Assembly (NCBI GenBank): GCA_038240975.1
Contig: JBBRGF010000001.1
Span: forward strand, 1-59,262
DNA: 59,262 bases
Direction: 5' to 3'
Source of the DNA: Gemmatimonadales bacterium
GTDB taxonomy: Bacteria > Gemmatimonadota > Gemmatimonadetes > Gemmatimonadales > GWC2-71-9
Part shown: in pieces, positions 36,039 through 45,057 of the stretch
Layout: each line of letters opens with the position of its first letter
How positions within the stretch are numbered: position 1 is the first letter of the stretch
Made by a program: the position numbers and the translations under genes
Notes under the pieces: generated by a model
Databases searched by the model: none
Told to the model about the DNA's origin: nothing
The model's input: the letters and a program-made list of their open reading frames with translations, nothing else

Positions 36039-37397
36039 ATGCCGAGCACAACCCTCCTGTCCCGCCTGGGTCTGGGACGACCCGAACTACGCGCCTGGGC
36101 GATGTACGACTGGGCCGCGTCGGCGATGCAGACTACGGTCATGGTCGCCGTCTTTCCGATCTACTTCGTCAAGGCCGCCGGGGCCGGGCTCGCGGAGAGT
36201 GGCGCCACGCAGCGGCTCGCCACCGTCAATACAGCCGCCCTCGTCATCATCGCGCTCGTATCGCCCGTTCTCGGTGCCATCTCCGACTTCGGCGGCACCC
36301 GGAAGCGCTGGGCCGCGGCCTTCATGTTCCTGGGCGTGGCCGCGGTCGCCGGACTCTTCTTCGTCCACCGCGGCGACATCGAGCTCGCCTCCATCCTCTT
36401 TCTTCTTGCGCTGATCGGCGTAGCCGGCAGCTTCGTCTTCTACGAGTCGCTGCTGCCGCACATCGCACGCAGAGACGAAATCGACCGCGTCTCCACCGCT
36501 GGATACGCCGTCGGGTATATCGGCGGGGGACTGCTCCTCGCGCTCAACCTCGCGTGGATCCAGAAGCCGGAATGGTTCGGGCTGCCGTCGGGGCCCGAAC
36601 TCACCGAGTCGCAGGCGACTCTCCCAGTCAGGCTGGCATTCCTCTCGGTCGCGGTCTGGTGGCTCGTCTTTTCTATCCCGCTCTTTCTCCGGGTGCCGGA
36701 GCCGCCGCGTCGCCTCGAGCCCGACGAATCGCGCCGCGAAAGCCCCGTGCGGGCGGCGTTCCTTCGACTCGGCGAGACCTTTCGGGAGCTGCGCGGATAC
36801 CGTCAGGCGTTCCTGATGCTGCTGGCCTTTCTGATCTACAACGACGGCATTCAGACGATCATCAAGATGGCCACGGCGTACGGCACCGAAATCGGCATCG
36901 GACAAGGCTCGCTCATCGCCGCGATTCTGCTGGTGCAGTTCGTGGGAATACCCTTCTCGTTTCTTTTTGGGATGCTGGCCGGAAGGATCGGCGCCAAGCA
37001 GGCGCTGTTCCTCGGTCTGCTCACCTACACGGCCATCAGCATCCTGGGATACTTCATGAAAACGGCCGCGCACTTCTTCGTGCTCGCGGCCCTCGTGGGG
37101 ATGGTGCAGGGCGGCACCCAGGCGCTCAGCCGCTCGGTGTTCGCGAGCATGGTCCCGCAGCACAAGTCAGGTGAGTTCTTCGGATTCTTCAGCGTATTCG
37201 AGAAGTTCGCGGGGATCTTCGGGCCGCTGATCTTCGCCGGGACGATCGCCGCCACCGGATCGAGCCGAAACGCGATCCTGTCCGTGATCGTCTTCTTCGC
37301 GGTGGGAGCGGTGCTGTTGTCGAGGGTGAACATCGAAGAGGGCAGCGCGGCCGCGCGGGCCGGAGAGGCGGCGGTTACGGCGCCGGCCGACGCTTAG
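36039..37397 (+). CDS. MFS transporter, UMF1 (Atg22-like) family
   Basis: 452-aa ORF with 12 predicted hydrophobic segments and an N-terminal AMYDWAASAMQTTV motif. Confidence 0.75.
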   Translation: MPSTTLLSRLGLGRPELRAWAMYDWAASAMQTTVMVAVFPIYFVKAAGAGLAESGATQRLATVNTAALVIIALVSPVLGAISDFGGTRKRWAAAFMFLGVAAVAGLFFVHRGDIELASILFLLALIGVAGSFVFYESLLPHIARRDEIDRVSTAGYAVGYIGGGLLLALNLAWIQKPEWFGLPSGPELTESQATLPVRLAFLSVAVWWLVFSIPLFLRVPEPPRRLEPDESRRESPVRAAFLRLGETFRELRGYRQAFLMLLAFLIYNDGIQTIIKMATAYGTEIGIGQGSLIAAILLVQFVGIPFSFLFGMLAGRIGAKQALFLGLLTYTAISILGYFMKTAAHFFVLAALVGMVQGGTQALSRSVFASMVPQHKSGEFFGFFSVFEKFAGIFGPLIFAGTIAATGSSRNAILSVIVFFAVGAVLLSRVNIEEGSAAARAGEAAVTAPADA

Positions 37398-37414
37398 GGC
37401 GAGCCCCCGGAGAC

Positions 37415-37744
37415 TTACGCACAGACGACGACGATCGATACTCCGGCCATGCCGCCGCCCACGGTAACGGTGCGCGGGTTAGCGCCGTCTACCAGACAAT
37501 TCTCCGCGAGCCCGACCACCTCGACCCGGTGGCCCCCCGGCGGCAGTTGCAGGGAGAGCGTACCGGTGGAAGGCAGCGCGTACATCCTTCCGTCTACAAT
37601 GAGGCTGTAGCCGCCCGCATCGGGATCTGACCCGCGCGTGCGAATCGCGATCTCGATGATTCCGTCGGAATCGATGACGAAGGCCGATTCGCATCCTCCC
37701 CAGAGAAGGACTGCGAGTGCCGGCAGGATGTTCCACCTGTTCAT
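37415..37744 (-). CDS. small putative lipoprotein
   Basis: Internal ATG (codon 106) of ORF 37415..38059. MNRWNILPALAVLLWGGCES is lipobox-like. The remainder is beta-rich. Confidence 0.5.
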   Translation of the reverse strand: MNRWNILPALAVLLWGGCESAFVIDSDGIIEIAIRTRGSDPDAGGYSLIVDGRMYALPSTGTLSLQLPPGGHRVEVVGLAENCLVDGANPRTVTVGGGMAGVSIVVVCA

Positions 37745-37950
37745 GGCCAGGAAGCGCCCTCCGCGCCGTCGAAGCACTTGCCGGGGACGGACCCCGCTCC
37801 TAAGTTGCCATTCAGTCCATCTTGGAGATAGAGGCACATGGCTTCGACCCACCGCTGCGCTACCGCAATGACGAGCAAGCTCGAGAAGCGCACCAGGTGG
37901 GGCGGGCCTCGGTCGGCGTAGAGAATTTTTCGGCCAACATTCGACCAGGA

Positions 37951-37988
37951 GCCCCGCCGCGCACACCGCCGGCGGGGCGTTTTCGTTC
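37951..37988 (+). promoter_or_regulatory. GC-rich hairpin + U-rich tail ending 1 nt before the M20/lysine-operon start codon (candidate attenuator or translational sequestor)
   Basis: GCCCCGCCG (37951-37959) pairs with CGGCGGGGC (37970-37978), a 9-bp stem. It is followed by GTTTTCGTTC and then ATG at 37989. Confidence 0.35.
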
Positions 37989-38993
37989 ATGGACCCATTC
38001 GAACTGACCCGCGCGTTGGTCGCGCTCGAGACCCCGACAGGATCCGAGGGTGCCGCCACCGACTTCCTCGAGGGCGCCCTCAGGAAGGCAGGCTATCGCG
38101 TTTCGCGCCAGCGCGTGTCGAGCGGCCGGGACAATCTTTACGCCTACCGCGAAACACCGGCCCTGGTTTTTTCCACCCACCTGGACACGGTGCCTCCCTA
38201 CCTCCCGCTTTCGGAAGACGGCGAGACCATTCGCGGACGGGGAAGCTGCGATGCGAAGGGGCTGGCCGCGGCGATGGCCGCGGCAAGCGAACGGTTGGCA
38301 GCCGGCGGCGAGCGACGCATCGGCCTCCTCTTCCTCGTCGGTGAGGAGAATGGCTCGGACGGGGCCCTGGCAGCGGCGGATTTCGGGCCCCGAGGCAGGT
38401 TTCTCATCAACGGAGAGCCCACCGAAAATCGGCTCTCGATCGGCCAGAAGGGAACGCTGCGAGTGGATCTCGCCGCGGCCGGGCGCGCCGCACATTCGGC
38501 CTATCCCGACGAGGGCGTGAGCGCTACGGCCGCACTGCTCGACACCATCGAGCGGCTCCGCCGGCTGGATCTGCCAGCCGACGACTTGCTCGGCGCCTCC
38601 ACGCTCAACGTGGGCCTCATCGCAGGCGGAGTCGCTCCGAACGTCATCGCGCCGAGCGCCAGCGCCCAGATCCTGATCCGCACGGTCGAGCCGACAGATG
38701 GCCTCAAAGCCAGGATCAGGCGCCTCGCCGCACCAGGAGTCTCGGTTGCGTTTCCGGTCGAGCTGCCGTTTCACAAGGGCGGAGGTGCACCGGCCGGCTG
38801 GGAGACGACGGTGGTGAGCTTCGCGAGCGACCTGCCCTTCCTCGGCGCCTGGGGTGAGCTCTTTCAGCTCGGCCCGGGATCGATCAAGGTGGCCCACACC
38901 GCCGACGAACACATACGCAAGGCCGATCTCCTTCGCGGCGTCGACCTCTACGTCAGACTGGCCGGCGACCTCCTCACCCGCGAGGCACCATGA
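37989..38993 (+). CDS. M20-family metallohydrolase (DapE / ArgE / LysK-like deacylase)
   Basis: 334-aa ORF with FSTHLDTVPP ... RGRGSCDAKG ... LVGEENGS motifs. It is the first gene of the lysine operon. Confidence 0.75.
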   Translation: MDPFELTRALVALETPTGSEGAATDFLEGALRKAGYRVSRQRVSSGRDNLYAYRETPALVFSTHLDTVPPYLPLSEDGETIRGRGSCDAKGLAAAMAAASERLAAGGERRIGLLFLVGEENGSDGALAAADFGPRGRFLINGEPTENRLSIGQKGTLRVDLAAAGRAAHSAYPDEGVSATAALLDTIERLRRLDLPADDLLGASTLNVGLIAGGVAPNVIAPSASAQILIRTVEPTDGLKARIRRLAAPGVSVAFPVELPFHKGGGAPAGWETTVVSFASDLPFLGAWGELFQLGPGSIKVAHTADEHIRKADLLRGVDLYVRLAGDLLTREAP

Positions 38994-40051
38994 CTCCGAA
39001 AATCCCGGTCTCGATTCTGGGAGCCACCGGTACGGTCGGGCAGAAGTTCGTGCGGCTTCTCACCGGCCACCCGTGGTTCGAGGTCGCGGCGGTGGCCGCG
39101 TCTTCGGCCAGTGCCGGAAGGCGTTACCGAGACGTCGTCCGCTGGCGGGAGAGCGTTCCGATTCCGGAGCGCATAGCGGAACTGGTCGTTCAGGACTGCA
39201 CGCCGCCATTGGCCGGCCCCGTGGTCTTCTCCGCGCTCGACGCGGAGGTCGCGGGTCCGATCGAGGAGGCCTTCGCGCGGTCAGGGGCGCACGTCGTGAG
39301 CAACGCGAGGTGCCACCGGATGGACGGCGATGTTCCCCTGCTTATTCCGGAGGTCAACGCCGATCATCTGCGGCTGGTCGACGGCCAGCGCGCGACCCGC
39401 GGCTGGCCGGGCGCCATCATCACCAATCCCAACTGCTCGACCGCCGCGCTGGCCCTTGCCCTCGGGCCGCTGCACCGCGCGTTCGCCGTGGAAAAGCTAT
39501 TCGTCTCCACCATGCAGGCGGTCTCGGGCGCGGGTTACCCCGGCGTTCCCTCGCTCGACATTCTCGGCAACGTCGTTCCCTACATCGGCGGCGAGGAGGA
39601 GAAGATCGAGAGAGAGAGCCGGAAGATCCTCGGCACCTTTGGCGAGGGCGGCGTGTCACCGGCCGCCTTCGCGGTGAGCGCTCACACGAATCGGGTAGCG
39701 GTGATCGACGGTCATATGGAAACGGTGTCGGTCGGCTTTTCCCGCCGAGTGAGCGTAGACGAGGCGGTTGCCGCGCTCGAGGCATTCCGCGCACCTCCCT
39801 GCGTGGCCGACCTACCGTCCACGCCGGCGCTGCCGATCGAGGTTGACGCGCGAAACGATCGCCCGCAGCCCCGGCTCGACCTCGATCGCGGCGGCGGAAT
39901 GGCAGTAACCGTGGGCCGGGTGCGGCCCTGCCCCATTCTCGACCTCCGCATGGTGGTGCTGGGGCACAATACCATCCGTGGCGCCGCGGGGCAGGCCGTC
40001 CAGATCGCGGAGCTTCTCGTCGCCGACGGGCGAGTGAGCCGGCCGGGATGA
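38990..40051 (+). CDS. asd: aspartate-semialdehyde dehydrogenase
   Basis: 353-aa ORF with ILGATGTVGQKF (NAD(P) fold) and the active-site NPNCSTAAL. ATGA overlap with the upstream gene. Confidence 0.92.
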   Translation: MTPKIPVSILGATGTVGQKFVRLLTGHPWFEVAAVAASSASAGRRYRDVVRWRESVPIPERIAELVVQDCTPPLAGPVVFSALDAEVAGPIEEAFARSGAHVVSNARCHRMDGDVPLLIPEVNADHLRLVDGQRATRGWPGAIITNPNCSTAALALALGPLHRAFAVEKLFVSTMQAVSGAGYPGVPSLDILGNVVPYIGGEEEKIERESRKILGTFGEGGVSPAAFAVSAHTNRVAVIDGHMETVSVGFSRRVSVDEAVAALEAFRAPPCVADLPSTPALPIEVDARNDRPQPRLDLDRGGGMAVTVGRVRPCPILDLRMVVLGHNTIRGAAGQAVQIAELLVADGRVSRPG

Positions 40052-41397
40052 TCGTCATGAAGTTCGGCGGCACGTCTGTGGCCGACGCCGCCGCGATCCG
40101 AAGACTGATCGAGATCGTGCGCACGAGAGCCGCGGCGCGGCCCGTCGTGGTCGTTTCGGCGCTCGCCGAGGTGACCGACGCGCTCCTCCGGATCGGAGCG
40201 CTCGTCGAGACGCGTAAGAGCGGCCCGCTGGACGAGGCGGTGCTCGCGCTGGTGCGGCGGCACGCCGACACGGCGCGCGAGCTGCCCGGCGCGGAAGCCG
40301 CACTCGAGCAGATCCGCCTGGACGCGGAATCGATGTGCCGCGACCTCAATCGCGGCATCGGCCGCCGGCTCTCGCCGGCCTCACTCGACGCGGTGTCCGG
40401 GCGCGGAGAGCTGTGGAGCTCCCGTCTCATCGCCGCGGCCATGACGGGGGCCGGCCTGAACGCCGCCTGGGTGGATATCCGGCCGATCATGGTCACCGAC
40501 GATCGCTTCTCACGGGCAGCGCCGCGAACGGAATTACTCGAGGCCCGCGCCCGTGACGCCCTCGCGCCGATCGTGAACGCCGGACGCATCGTGGTGACCC
40601 AGGGCTTCGTCGGCGCCACGGAGGATGGCCGGCCGACGACACTCGGCCGTGGCGGATCGGACTTTACCGCCGCCCTGCTCGGGGCGGCGCTCGGCGCGGA
40701 GCGGGTGGAGATCTGGACCGACGTCGATGGCCTCATGACCGCCGATCCGCGCATCGTGCCCTCCGCGCGGACGCTCTCGGAGGCCAGCTACGAGGAGGCC
40801 GCCGAGCTTGCCACCTTCGGGGCCAAGGTGCTGCATCCCGCTACGGCCCAGCCGCTCGTTCGCGCCGGCATACCGATCGTCGTCCTCAACTCGACCCGGC
40901 CGGCCCAGGCGGGGACCGTCATCGAGCCCTCCGCCGATCTCGAGCGCATGGGCGACTCGCCGATACGGTCCATTTCGTTCAAGCGCGGCATCTCGGTGGT
41001 CAACGTTCGCGCTCCCCGGATGCTCGGCACTCATGGCTTCCTGCGTGCCATGTTCGAGGTGTTCGAGCGGCACGAAGTCGTGGTGGACGTGCTTGCGAGC
41101 AGCGAAGTGAGCGTCTCACTCACGGTCGAAGACCGGTCCCGGCTCGACTCGGTAGTGAGCGAGCTCTCGGAGCTGGGAGAGGTCTGGGTCGACGGCGGGC
41201 GCGCCATCGTGGCAGTCGTCGGCATCGGCCTGCGCAACACCCCAGGGCTCGCCTCGCGACTCTTCACCGCGGTACAGCCGGCCAACGTCGAGGTGATCTC
41301 GCAGGGGGCGTCGGCGATCAATATGACCTTCGTAGTACGTGAGGAAGATGGCCCCGGGGTGGTCCAGCGACTGCACCTGGAGTTCTTCGGAACGTGA
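40048..41397 (+). CDS. lysC: aspartate kinase
   Basis: 449-aa ORF with MIVMKFGGTSVADAAAIRRL, GRGGSDFTAALLG and C-terminal ACT domains. Confidence 0.92.
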   Translation: MIVMKFGGTSVADAAAIRRLIEIVRTRAAARPVVVVSALAEVTDALLRIGALVETRKSGPLDEAVLALVRRHADTARELPGAEAALEQIRLDAESMCRDLNRGIGRRLSPASLDAVSGRGELWSSRLIAAAMTGAGLNAAWVDIRPIMVTDDRFSRAAPRTELLEARARDALAPIVNAGRIVVTQGFVGATEDGRPTTLGRGGSDFTAALLGAALGAERVEIWTDVDGLMTADPRIVPSARTLSEASYEEAAELATFGAKVLHPATAQPLVRAGIPIVVLNSTRPAQAGTVIEPSADLERMGDSPIRSISFKRGISVVNVRAPRMLGTHGFLRAMFEVFERHEVVVDVLASSEVSVSLTVEDRSRLDSVVSELSELGEVWVDGGRAIVAVVGIGLRNTPGLASRLFTAVQPANVEVISQGASAINMTFVVREEDGPGVVQRLHLEFFGT

Positions 41398-42095
41398 TGC
41401 GTATTCTCATCGTCGGAAATGGACAAATGGGCCAGGCGGTCGCGGTGCTCGCGGCGGCGCGTGGGCACTCGATCCATGCCGTTCTCGGTCACGACCAGAA
41501 TGCGGGAGGCCGCGGGCTCACCCCCGAGTTGCTGGCGGGTGCCGACGCGGCCATCGAATTCACCGAGCCGGACGCGGTAGTCGCTAATCTCGAGCGCCTG
41601 ATCGAGGCGGGCGTGCCCACGGTAACCGGTACCACCGGGTGGTCAGCGGAGCTGCCTCGGGTCGCGCGCCTCGTCGCGCAGAAGAGGGGCGCGCTCCTTC
41701 ACGCATCCAACTTCTCGGCCGGCGTTCACTTCTTTCTCCGTACCGCGCGCCACCTGGCCCGCCAGTTGGCCGGCCAGGCCGGCTTCGATTCCTTCGTACT
41801 GGAAAAGCATCATGCGGCCAAGCGAGACGCCCCGTCGGGAACCGCTCTGTCACTGCAGGCGGCGTTGCTGGAGGGTGATCCCGCCCGCACCGTCCCAATC
41901 ACTTCTATCCGGGCCGGCGCTATTCCCGGAACTCACGTGGTCGCCTACGACGGGCCGTCGGAGACCATCACACTGAGCCACATCGCCCGGAGCCGCGAGG
42001 GATTCGCCACGGGAGCGCTCGCGGCGGCGGAGTGGCTGCCGGGACACCCGGGCCTCCACACCTTCGAAGAGATGCTGTTCGGGGCGACGGAATGA
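41394..42095 (+). CDS. dapB: 4-hydroxy-tetrahydrodipicolinate reductase
   Basis: 233-aa ORF with MRILIVGNGQMGQAV and EKHHAAKRDAPSGTA motifs. Confidence 0.88.
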   Translation: MMRILIVGNGQMGQAVAVLAAARGHSIHAVLGHDQNAGGRGLTPELLAGADAAIEFTEPDAVVANLERLIEAGVPTVTGTTGWSAELPRVARLVAQKRGALLHASNFSAGVHFFLRTARHLARQLAGQAGFDSFVLEKHHAAKRDAPSGTALSLQAALLEGDPARTVPITSIRAGAIPGTHVVAYDGPSETITLSHIARSREGFATGALAAAEWLPGHPGLHTFEEMLFGATE

Positions 42096-42973
42096 CTCGC
42101 TTCCGGGGATGCGGCACGGCGCTCGTCACCCCCTTCACCGACCGCAGCGAGGTGGACGTCCCCTCTCTGCGAGCGCTGGTCGAGTGGCAGATGGCGGAAG
42201 GCATCGACCTGCTGGTTCCGTGCGGCTCGACCGGTGAGGCTCAGACCCTCGCCGACGGCGAGCGGGAGCTGGTGGTGAGGACGGTGGTCGAGGCGGCGGC
42301 GGGACGCGTTCCCGTGATGGCGGGCGCCACGAGCAACGACACCGCGAGAGCGGTCGAGGAAGCCCGCCGAATGTGCCGCGCCGGCGCTGACTACATCCTC
42401 ACCGCCACCCCGTACTACAACCGGCCCACGCAGGAAGGGCTTTACCGTCATTTCATGGCCGTCGCGGATGCGTCGGCGCGGCCGGTCTGCCTCTACAATG
42501 TCCCCGGCCGCACCGCGATCAATCTCACGGCCGAGGTCGCCCTTCGTCTCGCGGAGCACACCAACGTCATGGGGATCAAGGAGGCGAGCGGCGACCTGCG
42601 GCAGATTATGGACATTCTTTCCGGTCGGCCGGCCGGCTTCGCGGTGCTCTCCGGGGACGACTGGCTCGCGCTGCCGATCATCGCGATGGGCGGCGACGGC
42701 CTCATCTCGGTCACCTCGAACGAGGTGCCGGGGCCAATGGCGGAGCTGGTGCGCCTGGCGCTGGCCCAGGACCTCGATCGGGCGCGGGAGTGCCACAACA
42801 CGCTGCTACCGCTCATGGATGCCAACTTCATCGAGACCAACCCCGTGCCGGTAAAGGCGGCGCTCAATCTCATGGGGCGCATTTCGGACGTCCTTCGGCT
42901 TCCACTCCTTCCTGCGTTACCGGCCACCCGCGCCGCGCTCTCAGCGGCGCTGGCCGGAGTGGCCGGTGACTGA
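42092..42973 (+). CDS. dapA: 4-hydroxy-tetrahydrodipicolinate synthase
   Basis: Internal ATG (codon 21) of ORF 42032..42973, overlapping the dapB stop (ATGA). GCGTALVTPF, GSTGEAQTL and the Schiff-base Lys in GIKEASGD. Confidence 0.92.
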   Translation: MTRFRGCGTALVTPFTDRSEVDVPSLRALVEWQMAEGIDLLVPCGSTGEAQTLADGERELVVRTVVEAAAGRVPVMAGATSNDTARAVEEARRMCRAGADYILTATPYYNRPTQEGLYRHFMAVADASARPVCLYNVPGRTAINLTAEVALRLAEHTNVMGIKEASGDLRQIMDILSGRPAGFAVLSGDDWLALPIIAMGGDGLISVTSNEVPGPMAELVRLALAQDLDRARECHNTLLPLMDANFIETNPVPVKAALNLMGRISDVLRLPLLPALPATRAALSAALAGVAGD

Positions 42974-43814
42974 GTCCGTCTCGCGGCTGCGCGCCGCCAT
43001 CGAGCCCTATCTCGAAAGCGTCGCTGAAGGAAGCGAGTCGGCCGCGCGCGCGGCATTTCTCGACCTCAAGGCGGCGCTCAACGCGGGAACGGTGCGAGCC
43101 GCAGAGCGTGGGGCCGATGGAATCTGGCGTGCCAACGCCTGGGTCAAGGCGGGCATACTGCTGGGATTCCGGCTCGGGCGACTCTTGCCGGCGGCCACCG
43201 GTGGCCCCTTTCCCTTCTTCGACAAGGACACCTATCCGCTCCGGCCCGTCGGGCCCGACGACGGCATCCGCATCGTTCCCGGCGGTTCCGCCATCCGCGA
43301 CGGATGCTATGTCGCGCGCGGCGTCATCTGCATGCCCCCGATGTGGATCAACGTCGGCGCATACGTCGACGAGGGTACCATGGTCGACAGCCATGCGCTC
43401 GTCGGCTCCTGCGCGCAGATCGGCCGCCGCGTACACCTCTCGGCGGCCGCACAGATCGGCGGTGTTCTCGAGCCTGCCGGAGCGCTGCCGGTGATCGTCG
43501 AGGACGATGCGCTGATCGGAGGGAACTGCGGGGTCTACGAGGGGACCATCGTGCGGGAGCGCGCGGTGCTGGCGCCGGGCACCATCCTCACCGCCGGCAC
43601 CGCGGTGTTCGATCTCGTTCACGATCGCATCTACCGCCGCGACGGTGACAAGCCGTTGGAGATCCCGGCTGGGGCGGTGGTGGTGCCGGGCACGCGCCCT
43701 GTGCGGAGCGGCCCGGGGCAGAGGTCGGGTATTGGCCTCTACACGCCGGTGATCGTCAAGTATCGCGACGAGAAGACTGACACGGCCGTGAGGCTGGAGG
43801 AGCTGCTGCGCTGA
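42966..43814 (+). CDS. dapD: 2,3,4,5-tetrahydropyridine-2,6-dicarboxylate N-succinyltransferase
   Basis: 282-aa ORF with left-handed beta-helix hexapeptide repeats and a C-terminal ...[13 protein letters not shown] typical of DapD. Confidence 0.88.
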   Translation: MTESVSRLRAAIEPYLESVAEGSESAARAAFLDLKAALNAGTVRAAERGADGIWRANAWVKAGILLGFRLGRLLPAATGGPFPFFDKDTYPLRPVGPDDGIRIVPGGSAIRDGCYVARGVICMPPMWINVGAYVDEGTMVDSHALVGSCAQIGRRVHLSAAAQIGGVLEPAGALPVIVEDDALIGGNCGVYEGTIVRERAVLAPGTILTAGTAVFDLVHDRIYRRDGDKPLEIPAGAVVVPGTRPVRSGPGQRSGIGLYTPVIVKYRDEKTDTAVRLEELLR

Positions 43815-44236
43815 TGCTGGCCCACACCCACTATCTCTGGTTCGAAACGAAGAAGCGTCAGGAAATCATCGACATCACCGATGAGGTCGAGGAGCAGGTC
43901 CGCGCGAGCGGCGTACGCGAGGGGTTCGCCCTCGTTTCGGCCATGCACATCAGCGCCTCGGTATTCGTCAACGATCACGAGTCGGGACTCTGGCAGGACA
44001 TTCTGAAGTGGCTGGAGGAAACGGTCGCGCCATGGGATCCGCCGCGCTACCGGCACAACGAGACGGGCGAGGACAACGCCGCGGCGCACCTTCGGAGCCT
44101 CACCATCGGTCACGAGGTAATCGTGCCGATTACCGCGGGCCGGCTCGACTTCGGGCCCTGGCAGCGGGTGTTCTACGGCGAATGGGACGGGCAGAGGCGC
44201 AAGCGTGTCGTGATCAAGATTCTCGGAACGGCCTAG
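43814..44236 (+). CDS. yjbQ: YjbQ/UPF0047 family protein (secondary thiamine-phosphate synthase-like)
   Basis: 140-aa [18 protein letters not shown] ... NAAAHLRS ... [14 protein letters not shown] is typical of UPF0047. Its ATG shares one base with the dapD TGA. Confidence 0.85.
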   Translation: MLAHTHYLWFETKKRQEIIDITDEVEEQVRASGVREGFALVSAMHISASVFVNDHESGLWQDILKWLEETVAPWDPPRYRHNETGEDNAAAHLRSLTIGHEVIVPITAGRLDFGPWQRVFYGEWDGQRRKRVVIKILGTA

Positions 44237-44646
44237 CGCATCCAGTCACAGAGCGGCACACCCTCCTCGCCCGCCATCTCGTGATCCTCGTCGGTCCTCG
44301 GCGACTCGACCCCGTCCACCGTGCCCACGAAGATCACACAGCTCTTGCCGGCCTGCAGGCGATGCGCCGCACGCGCCTGCCAGCCCTTCGGTCCGGCGGC
44401 GAGAATCTGGATCTGCACGTCGCGCTCGGGCTGGAGGGCGAGCGCCTCAGCGCTCGTCGCGTACGTCTTCCAGGTCTGGAAATAACGGACCTGCGCTGCG
44501 GTGACCACGCGGAGCGCGCCCTTGAGTACCGAGGCCGGCGTGCCCTGCCATGTCGCGGCGGTGCTCGTCTGCGCTTGAGCCGAGCGAGCCCCGAGCGAGA
44601 GGAACAGAGCGAGCGCGCAACGACGCAAAGTCCTATGGAGACACAT
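44233..44646 (-). CDS. hypothetical secreted protein
   Basis: 137-aa ORF with signal peptide [26 protein letters not shown]. Its stop overlaps the yjbQ stop on the opposite strand (CTAG). Confidence 0.5.
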   Translation of the reverse strand: MCLHRTLRRCALALFLSLGARSAQAQTSTAATWQGTPASVLKGALRVVTAAQVRYFQTWKTYATSAEALALQPERDVQIQILAAGPKGWQARAAHRLQAGKSCVIFVGTVDGVESPRTDEDHEMAGEEGVPLCDWMR

Positions 44647-45057
44647 CCGCCCCTCCCGGCAGAGGTGGGAGCCGATGGCGGGCGGTCAAGCGGCAGTCGT
44701 TGAGCCGGGGAGATTCGGTTCCCGACCACCGCCCACCACCTGCCGCCCGCCCTTGCTCCTGATCCCGCCCCAGAGTCAAAAGCCGGACCAGCCCGCCGCC
44801 GGTGCCGAGCGAGACAAGCCCCAGGAACCGAACACCGTCCAGCTAGTTGTCGGAGGAAGCGAGCGAGTTCGTGAGGGCGCAATCCAAACACCGGAGCGGA
44901 TTGAGCATTCGAGCCGTGCAACTTCTTGCTCCGGCTACACACGCTCCTCAGGATTCAGGATCGACGAGGCGAGGCGGAGCGCATGCGCGGGAACCGCAAG
45001 AGTTGCGACTCGCGCGAAGTAGCTGCGATTCGAGGGGGAAAGGCGTGACGAAACGGG

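Noticed and set aside
37828-37990. Lysine (L-box) riboswitch upstream of the lysC-containing operon, suggested by ATAGAGGCAC.
   Set aside because: The other conserved L-box elements I recall (GAGUA, CUGAAAGG, GCCGAAG, ACUGUCA) are not present. The available leader, about 120 nt from the box to the terminator, is too short. It is kept only as an unclassified leader candidate.
44950-44975. tmRNA 5'-end-like string GGATTCAGGATCGACGAGG.
   Set aside because: No GGGG acceptor-stem 5' end precedes it. A tmRNA of about 350 nt on the plus strand would run deep into the ETF-QO coding region. No T-arm/CCA-type 3' end or tag reading frame is visible.
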